This document shows positions 34,931 through 49,931 of a DNA stretch of 64,000 nt, in pieces (position 1 is the first letter of the stretch; every line of letters begins with the position of its first letter). This DNA comes from Amphiscolops sp. MND2022 (taxonomy: Eukaryota), in assembly GCA_964187785.1 (NCBI GenBank), contig OZ076409.1, positions 6,202,001-6,266,000 on the forward strand. Reading direction: 5' to 3'. The position numbers and the translations under genes were made by a program. A model generated the notes under the pieces. That model was not told the origin of the DNA. It made no database searches and saw nothing but the letters and a program-made list of their open reading frames with translations.

Positions 34931-37900
34931 GATTCTATCAATTAGTCAGATCTCAAATCATTTTATTCAAGAAAAAATATTACCTTTCGTAAATGTCGCA
35001 AAAAATTTTAGTACATTCCCCTTCTAATGTAGCGGCATATCCGGTGTATGCACGATCGCCTTCACTGTCGCAAAGACCAGCTCCCACTGCGATTGCTTCG
35101 GGATCTCCGTTCCTTTTTAGATCTTTGCTCCTGTTCGGCCTCGAATAGCAAGATGAGAACATAAGCGGCCCCAAGGGGCACAGCTCTAGAGGAAATGAGG
35201 AAACATCCGAAGCACGTTCTATACTGATACAGATTATTGGTCTTATTGTTTTTCTTCTTGATGTTGAAGATTTCTACAAACTGGTATTCTACAATTTGGA
35301 CCTAACTCAAAATATTACCATGGTTCAGTTCGTAGAAAAAAATTGTACAAACTGGACCTAACTTTTCTACAAACTGGATTCTACGAACTGGCTTTCTACG
35401 AACTGGTTGCATGCCTTTTATTGAAAAGTGTTTTTATATGCAGGAAATACGACAATTGGTGTCCAGACCAGGATACATTTCAAGGATAGCATGCCCAAAA
35501 ATATCCCTGCCAGTTCTTGGTACAACTCAGTTAAAGATCTTCAGATCACTTTGTGTAAACAACTACGAGAACTTGTCCACGACAACCCCGGTTTTAGCTT
35601 GCACCCAGAGTCCGTGAACAACTCGAAAGACGTTAAAACTATCTAAAATCTGAAGAAATAAAAATACGAGAAGATTACCGGGCACGATCTGATTGACAAT
35701 ACTATCACACCCCACAGAAATAACAACTATCAACCTCAAAGTGTAACTCAGCTCGCATCTTCTTTTATCACCAACTTATGCGGCATAGTATATTGTCAAG
35801 GTACAGGATCCCCGAATATCTTTGAAGACCTGAGAACATTGGACTGCCCTTTTATTCAAGTCACGACAGATATTTTGAGCGAGTCAGAACAGCGCAGTAA
35901 AGTACTTGTTCAGAAACACAAAGCCTTACATCAATCCAGCGATCTCCGACTCAGATCCCTAGTTGTACTCCTACATTACTACCCAAACTTGAGGAAGATC
36001 TTGAAAACAAGAGGTACCAAGCGAAGAACTCACGAGAAACACAGAGAGGCTAAGCGAAAATGAAAAGACAACTAAAAGTGAGCTTTCAGAGTCTCGGACT
36101 CAGAGCTGCTGTTGTTACCTCTTAAGAGCTTTTCGAAAAAAGGTGAGATTTGGAGTTGTTTACTTTGGAGAGCTTTGGACAGCTTTGGAGCTTTGGAGAT
36201 GACTCAAATCCACATTAGTAATTCGTAGCCATTAAGACGCAAATTGTTTGAATCGTGTTTTTTAAGTCATCACCAAAAACAATGGGTGAACAGGAATTGA
36301 ACCTCAAAGAACCCGAAAAAGCTTTTATGTGGCTCAAGGCGTTCGAGGCGCGAGCGCGTATTGAAAGAAGAGGGATATCGACTCAACACCTGAAACTAGT
36401 GACCCGCCAGCTTTCGCTGCCAAAGCAAAAGATTATCGAGTGACTGATTTCTTCATGAGCCAGTACTGCCTCGAAGCGTTGAAGCAGCTCAGTAGCCTCG
36501 TCGCGCCCAGAAACATTGACGACATGAAATTCATAGACATCGGTAATGACTTCATAAATTACTTTAGGTTGCAAGAAAGACTGGTGGTTGCAGAACTCAC
36601 TGGCTTCCTTCAGATGTCTCAAGTGGGAGAAAAAACAGATACCGACTACCTTGCTAGGCTCTGAGAGGCTGCGCGTACTGCAAGTTTGTCGATCTCAAAA
36701 CTTCTCTGGATACTGAAGCTGAAATGATCCGATTACAATGAATCCAAGCTCAAATTACTTGATTCAATCAGAGCGAACGACATCTTGACTCTTGAAGAAT
36801 TGCTTCAGCTCATTCCATAAATAACCCAGGAGATTCGCTGACAGCTCAGTTCATCAGTCAACTTCAAGTGTAGTTGCATATGCGGAAAAACGTGGCTCCA
36901 AAAATAAAAACTATCTGAGTTGCCGTCAGAAGCCGGAGCAGCGTGGATGATGTGAGTTGAGACTCTACTACTTAATTAGTGAAGTGCTAAGGATGAAAAT
37001 GTCACAATTGTTCGAAGGCAAAGACACTACTCCAGAATGTGCAAAACTAGAGGACAAGAAGACTCGCGAACTGAGGGGAAAACCTATCAAAAAGAAAATG
37101 CATCAGTGTAACATACTTGTGAAGAAACGAACTTCGAAGACCCCTCCTCATCCGAAGAAAACATGTACTATGCAGAACAAATCGCGACTGAAGAGGAACT
37201 CCATCACATTGGAAAGTTAACTGAATTTCATAGCATCAAGTTAAATGATCATGACGTTCGAATGCAGAACGACACTTGTTCTTCAGTGACCATTATCTCA
37301 ACAAAAATTGGCGGACAATTTGCTCTCAAATCTCCATGCTCCTGCCCTGATGGATTATGGCGTACGATTGACAAAATGCAATATTTGGTCATCTAAAGTG
37401 TGAGGTCCAATGGGAAAAGAAAATTCATAGCGTTGACTTAGTAGTGATCGAGTCCGAGAAAAAGGTCGAATTGGATCGGCACAGACGTGACCCGAGTTGA
37501 TCACACTCACAACGCGTCTTTATCTGATGCGAAAGGTTTGCTCGCCATTAAAGGAGTTGAAGCCACTATCAAACTGAAGCCTGACGCAAAATCTGTTTTT
37601 TCGTCGCGCGCGGAATGTTCCACTTGCCATGGAAGCCCATGTCAATATTGAATTGGCGAAACTTCAAGCAAAAAAATCATTGCCCCAGTCGATCGAGGAG
37701 GTGTCATGAATGCCACGACAGTCGCATGGCAATGGAATCATTTCGTTTTTGTGCAGACTTCAAAGTTCATGGGAACGGTAAGATCAAGACTTATGACTAC
37801 TCGCTTCCCGACATGAAACATTATTTCACGAGCTGGAAGGATCAAAGTGTTATGTCAAGATTGACTTAACATCTGCTCGTTACCAAATATTGATAGTTGA

Positions 37901-40900
37901 TGCAGCGCAGGGTTTTTGTGTCATTAACGCAACGTTTGGTCTCTTCAAGTTCCCCAGACTACCTCGAAGAATAAAAAACGCATCCGGAACGTTCCAGTGA
38001 ACAATCGAGAACACTCTCAAAGGATTGGTTTGAACTATCTGTTTTCAGGACAACGTAGTGGTACATGGAGGAAGTTTTGTCTTCTTGCGCCATTGCATCG
38101 GACTATAGGGGTAATTCTTGGACTGATGGAAAAAACTCTTGGTGTCTTTTCCGCTTTGTTAGACGTTTCAGTGTGTGCGAAGTTCCGCGGGATATCCATG
38201 GTAATAGTAATGATCAATTTTTTGTTCATCTAGGCACAGAGTCTCCCAAAATTTCATCCAACCAGATATACCAGTTGTCCAATACAACATCTACATTTGA
38301 CCAGCAGTAGGAGTCAAATGGCGTTTGCTCCATCATATTTCTGATCTTATCAAAGTCGGCATTGCAAAAGCTATAAACCTAATTTCGAGGATTTTTCCTC
38401 ATGTAATCTTTTATTTCAATAACAGCGAAAGTGAAAACGATTGGAGTGTGTGAGGACAGATTACAAACAATCTCGTGATCGCGAAGTGGTTCTAAGACTA
38501 CATCGCAGATGTTTCTGGAAACCAACATAAGATTCAAGTTTTGAAGTCGATTTTTTGTTGCTGATTCAAATCATCGATGTTCTCTAGGAACATTTTTCTC
38601 TATCAGTTTCAGGTTCAAGGGTATTCCAGTTAATTCGATCAAGGTTAAAATCGCAATATGCAATGAACTTTTGGTTGTTTCTTTAAAAATAATATTTGCA
38701 ATTATTGGCATAAATCAACAAACTAAAAACAATGGTCTATCAAACAAAACAAATTCTCTAAACATCTAAAACCAAACACAATTTATACTCACTAGTCCTG
38801 TGAAACGTCCGTGACTGTCTCGATACCCCAAAATTTATTACTGGCGTTCAGGAACAATTGCTGTTCGAGGTGTACGGGGGTCAGGCTTTGGCGGAGGTCA
38901 TTCAAAGCGAAGCCAGCAGAACTAAAAAACAGTTCGAGAAAAAAAACTTCCAGCAGATGAAATTGAGGTAATCAACACAACAAAAACCATCGAATAACAC
39001 GTTTTTCATCCTTATTTCCTTCCTCCCATTGATTCTATGAATTAGTCAGATATCAAATCGTTTTATTCAAGAAAAAATATTACCTTTCGTAAATGTCTCA
39101 AAAAATTTTAGTACATTCTCCTTCTAATGTGGCCGCACATCCTGTGTATGCAAGATCGCCTTCACCGTCGCAAAGACCAGCTCCCACTACGATCGCTTCG
39201 GGATCTCCGTTCCTTTTCAGATCTTTGCTCCTGTTCGACCTCGAATAGCAAGATGGGAACATAAGCGGCCCCAAAGGGCACGGCTCTAGAGGAAACGAGG
39301 AAATATCCGAAGCACGTTTTCTACTGATACAGATTATTAGTATATTGTTTTTCTTCTTGATGTTGATGATTTCTACGAACTGGTATTCTACAATTTGGAC
39401 CTGATTCAAAATCTTACCATGGTTTAGTTCGTAGAAAAAAACTGTACAAACTGGACCTAACTTTTCTACAAACTGGATTCTACGAACTGGCTTTCTACAA
39501 ACTGGTTGCACACCTTATATTGGAAAGTGTTTTAATCTGCAGAAAATACGACAATTGGTGTCCAGATCAGGATACATTTCAAGGTTAGCATGCCCAAAAA
39601 TATCCCTGCCAATTCTTGGTACAACTCAGTTAAAAATCTTCAAATCACTTTGCGTAAACAACTACGAGAACTTGCCTAAACAACTACGAGATTTGTCCAC
39701 GACGACCCCGGTTTTAGCTTGCACCCAGAGTCCTTGAACAACTCGAAGGACGTAAAACTATCTAAAATCTGAAGAAATAAAAATACGAGAAGATTCCTGG
39801 GCACGATCTGATTGACAATACTATCACACCCCACAGAAATAAGAACTATCAACCTCAAAGTGTAACTCAGCTGGTATCTTCTTTGCGATTTATCACCAAC
39901 TTATGCGGCATAGTATATTGTCAAGGTACAGGATCCCCGAATATCTTTGAAGACCTGAGAACATTGGACTGCCCTTTCATTCAAGTCACGACAGATATTT
40001 TCAGCGAGTCAGAACAGCGCAGTGAAGTACTCGTTCAGAAACACAAAGCCTTACATCAATCCAGCGATCTCAAACTCGGATTCCTAGGTGTACTCCTACA
40101 TTACTACCCGAACTTGAGGAAGATCATGAAAACAAGAGGTACCAAGCGAAGAACTCACGAGCAACACAGAGAGGCTAAGCGAAAATGAAAAGACAACTAA
40201 AAGTGAGCTTTTAGAGACTCGGACTCAGAGCTGCTGTTGTTACCTCTTAATAGCTTTTCGAAAAAATGGTGAGCTTTGGAGTTGTCTACTTCGGAGAGCT
40301 TTGGACAACTTTGGAGCTTTGGAGATGACTCAAAACCACATTAGTAATTCCTAGCCATTAAGACGCAAATTGTTTGATCCGTGTTTTTTAAGTCATCACC
40401 AAAAACAATGGTTGAACGGGAATTGAACCTCAAGGAACCCGAACAAGCTTTTATGTGGCTCAAGGCGTTCGAGGCGCGAGCGCGTATTGAAAGAAGAGGG
40501 ATTTCGACTCAACACCTGAAACTAGTGAACCGCCAGCTTTCGCTGCCAAAGCAAAGGATTATCAAGTGACTGATTTCTTTATGAGCCAGTACTGCCTCGA
40601 AGCGTCGAAGAAGCTCAGTAGCCTCGTCGCGCCCAAAAACATTGACGACATGAAATTCATAGACATCCGTAATGATTTCATAAATTACTTTAAGCTGCAA
40701 GAAAGACTGGTGGTTGCAGAACTCACTGGCTTCCTTCAGACGTCTCAAGGGGCAGAAAAAGCAGATACCAACTACCTTGCTAGGCTCTGAGAGGCTGCGC
40801 GTACTGCAAGTCTGTCGATCTCAAAACTTCTCTGGATACTGAAGCTGAAATTATCCGATTACAATGAATCCAAGCTCAAATTACTTGATTCAATCAGAGC

Positions 40901-42209
40901 AAACGACAACCTGACTCTTGAAGAATTTCTTCAGCTCATTCCATAAATAACCCAGGAGATTCGCTGACAGCTCAGTTCATCAGTCAACTTCAAGTGTAGT
41001 TGCATATGCGGAAAAACGTGGCTCCAAAAATGAAAACGATCTGAGTCGCCGTCAGAAGCCGGAGCAGCGTGGATGATGTGGGCGAAAGCCGTTCTACTAC
41101 TTAATGAGTGAAGTGCTAAGGATGAAAATGTCACAATTGTTCGGAGGCAAAGACACTACTCCAGAATGTGCAAAACTAGAAGACAAGAAGACTCGCGAAC
41201 TGAGGGGAAAACCTATCGAAAAGAAAATGCATCATTGTAACATACTTGTGAAGAAACGAACTTCGAAGACCCCTCCTCATCCGAAGAAAACATGTACTAT
41301 CAGAACAAATCGCGACTGAAGAGGAGCTCCATCACATTGGAAAGTTAACTGAGTTTCATTGCATCAAGTTAAATGATCATGACATTCGAATGCAGAACGA
41401 CATTGGTTCTTCAGTGACCATTATCTCAACAAAAAATGGCGGACAATTCGCTCTTAAATCTCCATGCTCCTGCCCTGATGGATTATGGCGTACGATTGAC
41501 AGAATGCATTATTTGGTCATCTAAAGTGTGAGATTCAATGGGAAAAGAAAATTCATTGCGTTGACTTAGTAGTGATCGAGTCCGAGAAAAAGGTCGAATT
41601 GAATCGGCAGAGACGTGACCCGAGTTGATCACACTCACAACGCGTCTTTATCTGATGCGAAAGTTTTGCTCGCCATTAAAGGAGTTGAAGCCACTATCAA
41701 ACTGAAGCCTAACGCAAAATCTGTTTTTTCGTCGCGCGCGGAATGTTCCACTTGCCATGGAAGCCCATGTCAATATTGAGTTGGCGAAACTTCAAGCAAA
41801 AAAATCATTGCCCCAGTCGATTGAGGAAGTGTCATAAATGCCTCGACAGTCGCAAGGCAAAGGAATCATTTCGTTTTTGTGCAGACTTCAAAGTTCATGG
41901 AAACGGTAAGGTGAAGACTTAGGACTACTCGCTTCCCGACATCAAACATTATTTCACAAGCTGGAAGGATCAAAGTGTTATGTCAAGATTGACTTAACAT
42001 CTGCTAGTTACCAAATATTGATAGTTGATGCAGCGCAGGGTCTTTGTGTCATTAACGCAACGTTCGGTCTCTTTAAGTTACTAAGTTACTCAGACTACCT
42101 CAAGGAATAAAAAACGCATCCGGAACGTTCCAGTGAACAATCGAGAAAACTCTCAAAGGATTGGTTTGAACTATTTGTTTTCAGGACAACGTAGTGGTAC
42201 ATGGAGGAA
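33980..42209. repeat. Tandem segmental duplication of ~4.1 kb (33980-38074 and 38075-42209)
   Basis: Collinear copies with scattered substitutions and indels; the junction at 38074/38075 fuses Gypsy RT to LINE sequence. Confidence 0.93.
36280..38074 (+). mobile_element. Gypsy gag-protease-RT 5' part (duplicated copy), degenerate
   Basis: Paralog of 40407-42209; protease-like RMQNDTCSSVTIIS and RT CADFKV. Confidence 0.8.
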
Positions 42210-44190
42210 CAAAAAGTCATTGTGAGAAGCGATGGAGTCATTTCAAGATCGCCTGAATGACAAGGAGTTCACCATAATCAAAATCAATTCTTGAAAAATC
42301 ATGGAGAAAATTTTCGTTTTCACAATTTCAGGAAGAGGGATTGAACCCATATATCGCTTTGTCAATAGAATCAGGAAAATCCATCCTCCTCAAATTGTTA
42401 AGGAATAAAAAAAGCTCTTGGCGGAGCCCCTGTCAGGAGCGGCACCCAGTAGTTTATGTATCGAAGACATTGTCTGAAGCTGAGCAAATGTACTCTAACA
42501 TTGAGCGTGAAGCCCTAGCGGTTGTTTTTGTGGTTAAACGCTAAAAGCAGTTTTAGTTGGCCGAAAATCAACATCGAAACTGATCATTGTCCACTGGGAA
42601 TCATATTTGCTCCAAAAAAAGAACTCCCTGAAACCGCATCAGCAAGAACAACAACATGGGCGATTTCGATTATAGTTTTTGATTATGACATTAAATATCA
42701 AGACGCTTCTTCGATTCTTCATTTCGACGCCATGAAGAGAATGAATTTCGATCAGGTTCACGACTAGTGCAATCTAGTTGACAGCTTGAGTCCCAATCTT
42801 GATGAATTCTGTGTTCACTTTGCCCAGTATAAAATCATTCCATTCAAATAGTTGAGGAGTAAATCTGAACGCGATGAGCCGGTGAAGCGGATTATCAAGC
42901 GTGAAATTGATGGCGATTGGAAGCCATGTACTCAAGTAGAGAGGTTTTTCAACAAAGTATTTGGTGTCTTCACAGTCGAGAATGGGCTCCTATACAAGGG
43001 CACTCGACCTTTCTTTCCACCAAGAAAGCGGAGCATCGTAATAGAACGAGCTCATGATACGTATCCTGGTGTCCATGCGACTAACAATAAGGTAAACCTA
43101 ATGTCTTGGTGGCCTGTGGATGGGAAAAAAGTAAAAAATTCATGAAGTGCCTGCTCTGAATGTGCAAAAAGCTGTCCACTAACTGAGAAATTGGTCAAAT
43201 CTTGGCCAGATGCACAGCCATGGGGAGACTACACATGGTTTAGGCTCACATCCAAGAAGTAGGCAACAACCTTATTATTGTCGACGCTGGTTCTGGTTAG
43301 ATAGAAGCGTTTATATGCGCGATCGGCCTACGGAAATAGTCAAAGATTGTCTGTTCAGTATTTTTGAGAGATATGGTGTCCTGCACACATTAGTTTCCGA
43401 CAATGCAGAAGCATTTATCAACAAAAAAGTTGTCACGTGGCTACAAGCTTAAGGCTGCCCAAATTAGAGAGTCCAATCTACAATCCAAGGAGTAATGGAC
43501 TTGCCGAACAGGCTATGCAGACTGCAAAGAAAGTAATGAGGAGATGGATCTTGTCTCTTCGTGTCCATTTCTATGCATTTCTGAAGCGAGTTCTGTTCAC
43601 ACACCGTATTACTTCTTCTGTGGGAGGGAAGACTCTCTCGGACGTTTTGCTTGGAAGGAAAATCCGACTCCCTGCTGTCATCAATTATCCCATTGGAAAG
43701 CGTGTGCTTTTTCGCGCTGGACCTAACGCTGCGTCTTTTCCTGCAATGTATGTCGTTCGGGAGGGCAATAATACAGCATAACTCACTTAGGAAATATTAG
43801 ACGGGTCTGAGAAAGCAATTCTAGCAAATACTAGCCAAATTGCTCCCTTTGCCAGTCCAACTACTGTTGCCCCTGATCTAGTGACGGCTAGATCAACTAA
43901 AGATGGTGTTACGGCCCCGAAGTGTCGGAACAAATTTCAACATGCGTATCTAACAGAGTACCTCTGTGGTCATAGAGTCATCTAGTATACCCGAGGTACC
44001 AATTAGGAGGCACGAGTAAACCGAACCCGAGATTCAATGACTGCATTTGCAAGTGTTCATGAGAATTCTTGTAAGGGGGATGATTTGTATACTGATTTAT
44101 GTCTATTTTTTGCTGTAATTGACATATGTTTTCTTTTATATGTCGATGTCCCTTTTGTATATGCTGTTCAATGAAATTTAGATTTTTTGA
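40407..44190 (+). mobile_element. Degenerate Ty3/Gypsy LTR retrotransposon (gag, PR, RT, RNase H, integrase, PPT, start of 3' LTR)
   Basis: RNase H PVVYVSKTLSEAEQMYSNIEREALAVV; integrase VSDN..AF and SPIYNPRSNGLAE; domain order RT-RH-IN; purine tract AAGGGGGA then TG at ~44080. Confidence 0.88.
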
Positions 44191-47100
44191 AAACTGTTTT
44201 GATCTGCGGGAAATACGACAATAAGGCGCCTTCATTTAGGCGACTGGATGCAAGAGCACCCCACACCTGTTGTTTACGCATTTCTCAAGGAATCATGGTA
44301 CCACCGTCTGGGCGTTTGCCATCAGTTTTGTACATTCGACGCGGTTCGAACATTGAAGACAAGTCGAGAGATCCCAACGTCTGCTTGTGAGAGAATTGAG
44401 AGTAGCATGACGTGAGAAGCCCAAAGCAATCTGGGTGCAAGAAAGACCGTGTAAATCGTCCTTTTCAACTCTTTTACCACAGTGACACGTATGCGCAACA
44501 CAGATGTTGGCTACGAGACGTAAACCAATTGAAATACGAAGCTGCTGATGATCAAGTTTCAGGCCTTGTTTTTTCGCAAGGAACGACGTTCAGCTATTGA
44601 GAACCGATTTTGCCTTGATGAGCTGTAAAAACATTCAAACATTTGTCATCCACTCTAGAAATCAAATCTTGGGTGGTTTTGACGTAAACAGGTTTGGTCC
44701 ATTTTGTCTGGGTTCCTTCGATAAGATTTTTTGGTTTCTTCGTCAAACTCAACCATTTCTCGAACGCGTTTGTAAACGGAACATCTTCGGAGGCTTCAGA
44801 GAAAATCTTCGTGAGAATGTCATTCGCACCAAAAGCGGGGGCCAAAAACGCGGGAAGTGCTAATATTGATAAGGATGAAACTGCAAGACCAACCATTCTA
44901 ACGGGCAGAGCCAGCTGAGCACTCGAAATATCGTTGGAGTTCACGTTACACACTTTGTAAAGCCCGTGGCATACAGTTTTGTCATAGTTTTCTATGAGAG
45001 CTGGATTAAAATATGTATTGATTCTCAAGAGGCACAACAAATTTGGCAGACTGCAGCACTTTTTCAACATAAAATACCATAATGCGCATCTAGTTTCTCA
45101 ACAATTGCATTAAACTTTCCAGTTCATCGATTTTCTTTTCCAGTGAGTCTGCCTGCGAGTTAAACCGAGCGGTGAACGAAAGTTGATAAAAAAATTCTTT
45201 GATTAGTGTTTTGAAGGAGCAAAAGTTCTGGAAAGATGCTAAAATTGTCGATCATCGTTTTTCAGTAATGTCACCACTGAGGAAAAAATTTTTGCATTCA
45301 TGGAGAAAATTCTCGATTTCACAATTAATTTTAGGAAGAGGGATTGAGCCCATATATCGCTTTGTCAATAAAATCAGGAAACTCCATCCTCTTCAAAGTG
45401 GTAAGGAAGTCGAACAGCTTTGTGGATTGCTCAATTACTACAGTGGATTCATCCCGAACTTCACATCGAAAATTGCCTCAATATTTGATCCGAGGAAGAG
45501 GTCGGAGGCTGAGTTCCAGTGGACTGAAAAATGTCAACGTTCATTCGAGGGGCTGAAGTCTGAGCTAGCATCGAAACCTGTTGTTCAGCCCGATTCTCTG
45601 AAAAAAGAAGGAAGAATCACAACTGATGCGTCAGAGGAAGCTTTTGGCGGAGTCCCCTCTCAGAAGCAGCACCCTGTATTTTATGTATCAAAGACATTGT
45701 CTGAAGCTGAGTAAAGCTACTCTAACATTTAGCGTGAAGCCCTAGCGGTTGTTTTTGTGGTAAAACGCTAAAAGCAGCTTTTACTTGGCCAAAAATCAAC
45801 ATCGAAACTGATCATCGTCCACTGGAAATCATATTTGCTCCAAAAAAGGAACTCCCTGAAACCCCATCAGCAAGAAAGCAATTCTAGCAAATACTAGCCA
45901 AATTGCTCCCTTTGCCAGTCCAACTACTGTTGCCCCTGATCTAGTGACGGATAGATTAACTAAAGATGGTGTTACGGCCCCGAAGTGTCGGAACAAATTT
46001 CAACATGCGTATCTAACAGAGATACCTCTGTGGTTATAGAGTCATCTAGTATACCCGAGGTACCAATTAGGAGGCCTGCACGAGTAAACCGAACCCGAGA
46101 TTCAATGACTGCATTTTCAAGTATTCATGAAAATTCTTGTAAGGGGGATGATTTGTATACTGATTTATGTCTATTTTTTGCTGTAATAGATATATGTTTT
46201 ATTTTAAATGTCGATATCCCTTTGGTATATGCCGTTTTTTGAAATTTAGATTTTTTGAAAAGTTTTTCAATCTGCGGGAAATACGACAATAAGGCGCCTT
46301 GGTTCAGGCGACTGGGTGCAAGAGCATCCCACACCAGTTGTGTACCCATTTCTCAAGGAGTCATTGTACCACCGTCTGGGCGTTTGCCATCAGTTTTGTA
46401 CAGTCGACGCGGTTCGAACATTGAAGACAATTCGATAGATCCCAATGTCTGCTTATGAGAGAATTGAGAGTAGCATGACGTCAGATACCCCCAGAAATCT
46501 GGGTGCAAGAAAGACCGTGTAAACCATCCTGTGCAACTCTTTTACCACAGTGACACAGTGATGATCGAGTTTCAGGTCTTGTTTTTTTTCGCAAGGAACG
46601 ACGTTCAGCTATTGAGAACCGAATTTGCCTTGATGAGCTGTAAACACATTCAAACGTTTGTCATCCACTCTAGAAAGCAAATCTTGGGTGGTTTTGGCGT
46701 AAACAGGTTTGGTTTAATTTTTCTGAGTTCCTTCGACAAGATTTTCTTTGTTTCTTCGTCAAACTCAACCATTTCTCGAACGCGTTTGTAAACCAAACAT
46801 CTTCGAAGGCTTTCGAGAAAATCTTCGTGAGAAAGTCATTCGCACCAAAAGCTGCTAAGGCCTAAAACGCGGGAAGTGCTAATATTGATAAGGATGAAAC
46901 CGCAAGACCAACCATTCCAGCGGGCAGAGCCAGCTGAGCACTCGAAATATCGTCGGAGTTCACGTTACACACTTTGTAAAGCCCGTGGCATACGAGATTG
47001 TCATACTTTTCCAAGAGAGCTGGATGAATAAAACATGTACTGGTTCTCAAGAAAAACAACCAATTTGGCAGACTGCAGCACTTTTTCAACATCAAGTACC

Positions 47101-47537
47101 GTAATGCTCATCTAGTTTTTCAACAATTGCATTAAACTTTCCAGTTCATCAATTTTCTTTTCCAATGAATCTGCCTGCGATTTAGACCGAGCGGTGAACG
47201 AAAGTTGATAAAAAATAGTCTTTTTTGGTGTTTTGAAGGAGCAAAAATTCTACAAAGATGCTAAAATTATCGATCATCGTTTTTCAGTAATGTCACCACT
47301 AAGGAAAAAACTTCGCATTCATGGAGAAAATTCTCGGTCTCGCAGTTTCAGAAAAAGGGATTGAACCCATATATCGCTTTGTCAATAAAATCAGGAAACT
47401 CCATCCTCCTCAAAGTGTTAAGGAAGTCGAACAGCTTTGTGGGTTGCTCAAATTCTACGGTGGATTCATCCGGAACCTCACATCGAAAATTGCTTCAATA
47501 TTTGATCTGAGGAAGAGGTCGGAGGCTGAGTTCCAGT
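43811..47537. repeat. Second tandem duplication (period ~2.06 kb) of Gypsy 3' end + CRE fragment + Gypsy RT/RH fragment
   Basis: gaaagcaattctagcaaatactagcc at 43811 and ~45875; collinear to ggctgagttccagt at ~45520 and ~47536. Confidence 0.88.
44190..45290 (-). mobile_element. CRE-clade element 3' part (duplicated copy)
   Basis: LKKCCSLP.L..LLR, AQLALP..M.GL, and the DGKRPDG.TMIP RLE region, on the minus strand. Confidence 0.8.
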
Positions 47538-48950
47538 TGAATGTCACTAAGGAAAAACTGTTGCATTTCGTGGGCCTAATATTGAGTCCCGCCGTTTTTT
47601 CCGCTTCGAAAGTTTTTGAAATCATTCAAACGGTTCTGTAATCATCACCTAAATTTCCATCGTGAAGGTAACATAAGATTATTTTTGACTCCAAACTGTC
47701 AATCAGATCTTATACAGAATCCGAAACGAAGGCTGGAGAGTCAGGATCTCTTTGCTGGGACGTTTGACAAAATTTGATTACTGAATCAGAGTAAGAAGAA
47801 AGTCTAGCTGACTCTACAGCGAGTGTGAGTACTTATGAACTTCACGGTGTCTTTCAAAAATTTTCTTTTGCAGGAATTGTCGGCTTATCGAATTGAAAGC
47901 GTTTTCAAATGTCTTTTTCGAAATTACGTTTTTTCTTTGGTTTGGGGGCATTCTATCAAACAACGGAAACCATGTCAGGGCAATTCAGCGGGCTTTTGGT
48001 GCCTATACCTTTTTGTCAACGTATCTTGCTTGACGTGAATTGAAGACATGGTATCCGGTACATCTTGCTGCGGACAACCAGCGGAAAGTTTTGCTCACAG
48101 CGATAGGACGAAACCGTCCATGGGACTTCTTTAGCAAAAGTTATTCTGCAAAACAGAAGTACGGTCGGAATTCGAAAGGAACTTTTCTATCGAGAATCAA
48201 ATTCACAAAACTAGTTAAGGCTCTGTAAAAGTTCAGTCCAATTTGCTCGCTCGAGTTGGCAGTCAAACCTTTCTTAATTTGGGGTGAAATGATATCTAAT
48301 CCTCCGCTAGGCTAGAGCAGTTGGGAAATACAACAGAGACTCCGATGTTGAAAAACAATCGATATCTGTGGAGTCCGGATCAAGCAGTTTTCGCTCTTCG
48401 GTTGTTTCAGCTTGAGGGCCGCGTAGTTGTCGACCACGAAATCTTCAACCTTGTCGTCGCCTACTGCCTTGCTGATTCCGGACTTAACATTATCTTCGTC
48501 TAGTTTAGTGCAAATGGAACGCCGACGTCGTTCTAACCCGCCTTTCCTTTGCGGTTTCCTGTCGCGTTTCGGTTTGTTCTCAAGGACACCTTCCCGAATA
48601 CGCTTGTTGATAATTGCCTGAGTGAAGACTTCTGACGTTTACCTCCTCGAGGTAATTTTCTCAAAAAAAAGCTTAGAGAGGACAGCAATAAGCAACACAA
48701 AGGCATAATTGACGAAGTTTCAGAAATATCATTAATTTTGGGTGCCAAGTTTTCAGCAAGGGGGATTCACGAATTTTTAGGAACTCTTTTCAGATGAACA
48801 ACGCTTGAAACAAAAAAGGTGTCTTGTCTAAATTTGTCATCGTGACACTGAAAGATAGTTTTCACCAAAGAGACCTTCAACATTTAAAGTCAGCAAGGCT
48901 GCGGTTTCCGTTTCTTGATCAATGGGCGCGTTTTATTTGAACCTATCCCT
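46250..48950 (-). mobile_element. Degenerate CRE-clade element, interrupted by a Gypsy fragment at ~47318-47537
   Basis: LKKSHGRFRPIAVSKTFRWL (~48135-48075), RT HDGNLGDD (~47660), RLE QLVWD. Confidence 0.78.
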
Positions 48951-49931
48951 TGCAAAATTACAAGTTACCAAGTCTATTACCCTTGAGGGCTTCAGACTCT
49001 TCATAGCGTTCAACGTTTCGTTGTTTTTCATCAAAACTCCGAATCTTTAAAACCCCAACTCGAATCCTAACCAATTGCAGGAATACCACGTTTGGCTGTG
49101 TGCCAATCTCCCCAAAACACAACCACCACAGTGAAGCAATCCGTATATGGAACGAAACCTTGAATTGATAAAATGAAAGACAAATGCAATTATATCACTG
49201 GGTTGTGATAGTTCTTAGAAGGCAAGTGCAGCAACAAACCAACAAAACAGCCGCAGAGATGTTGTCCAGTTGTCTCAAACTCAAATCGTTGCCATATCTG
49301 AAGCTATCCAACAGGTCTATAAAAACAATCAGGCTTGATCCATGGTCTTGGAATGTATCCCTTTGTTGGTAGGCTTTTTATATACTCGTATGAAAACCAA
49401 TAACAAACACTTTGTTCGCGACAACTGTCGGTCGATTTGCTGCTGATGAGATAAATTTGCTTCTGATGAGTGTTTGTTGTTGGTATTCCTACTAGTATGT
49501 AGAAAACCTACCAACAAAGGGCTATATTTTTTCAAGGCCATGGACATCGAATTCTCATGGCTCCTACTGAAAGTAATTCAAACCACTTCACAACATATAT
49601 TTTTCTTGAAAACGATATGTTGCTTCTTGAATCCGTATTGGTTGTCTCGGACAGCCGAGAAATCCGTAATGCAAGGAAACACTACCTATGTCGTAGCTGA
49701 CCTGGTACCCTCAAGCTTTTGAGAGAGCTTCAACAATCCTTCAACAAAATCGTCAATGATAAAGCAAACGAACACTTCTAATAGGCAAATTTTAAGGAGG
49801 AGTGGTCGATGAACATGCGTAGACTGTCTTCACAACATTCGAGGAACTCTAAAGTGGCATCATGGTCGGCTATACGTGTGGCTGCCTTGTAGGCGTCCCA
49901 TCTGTTGATGAAGTACTCAGTCTTCACTCGT

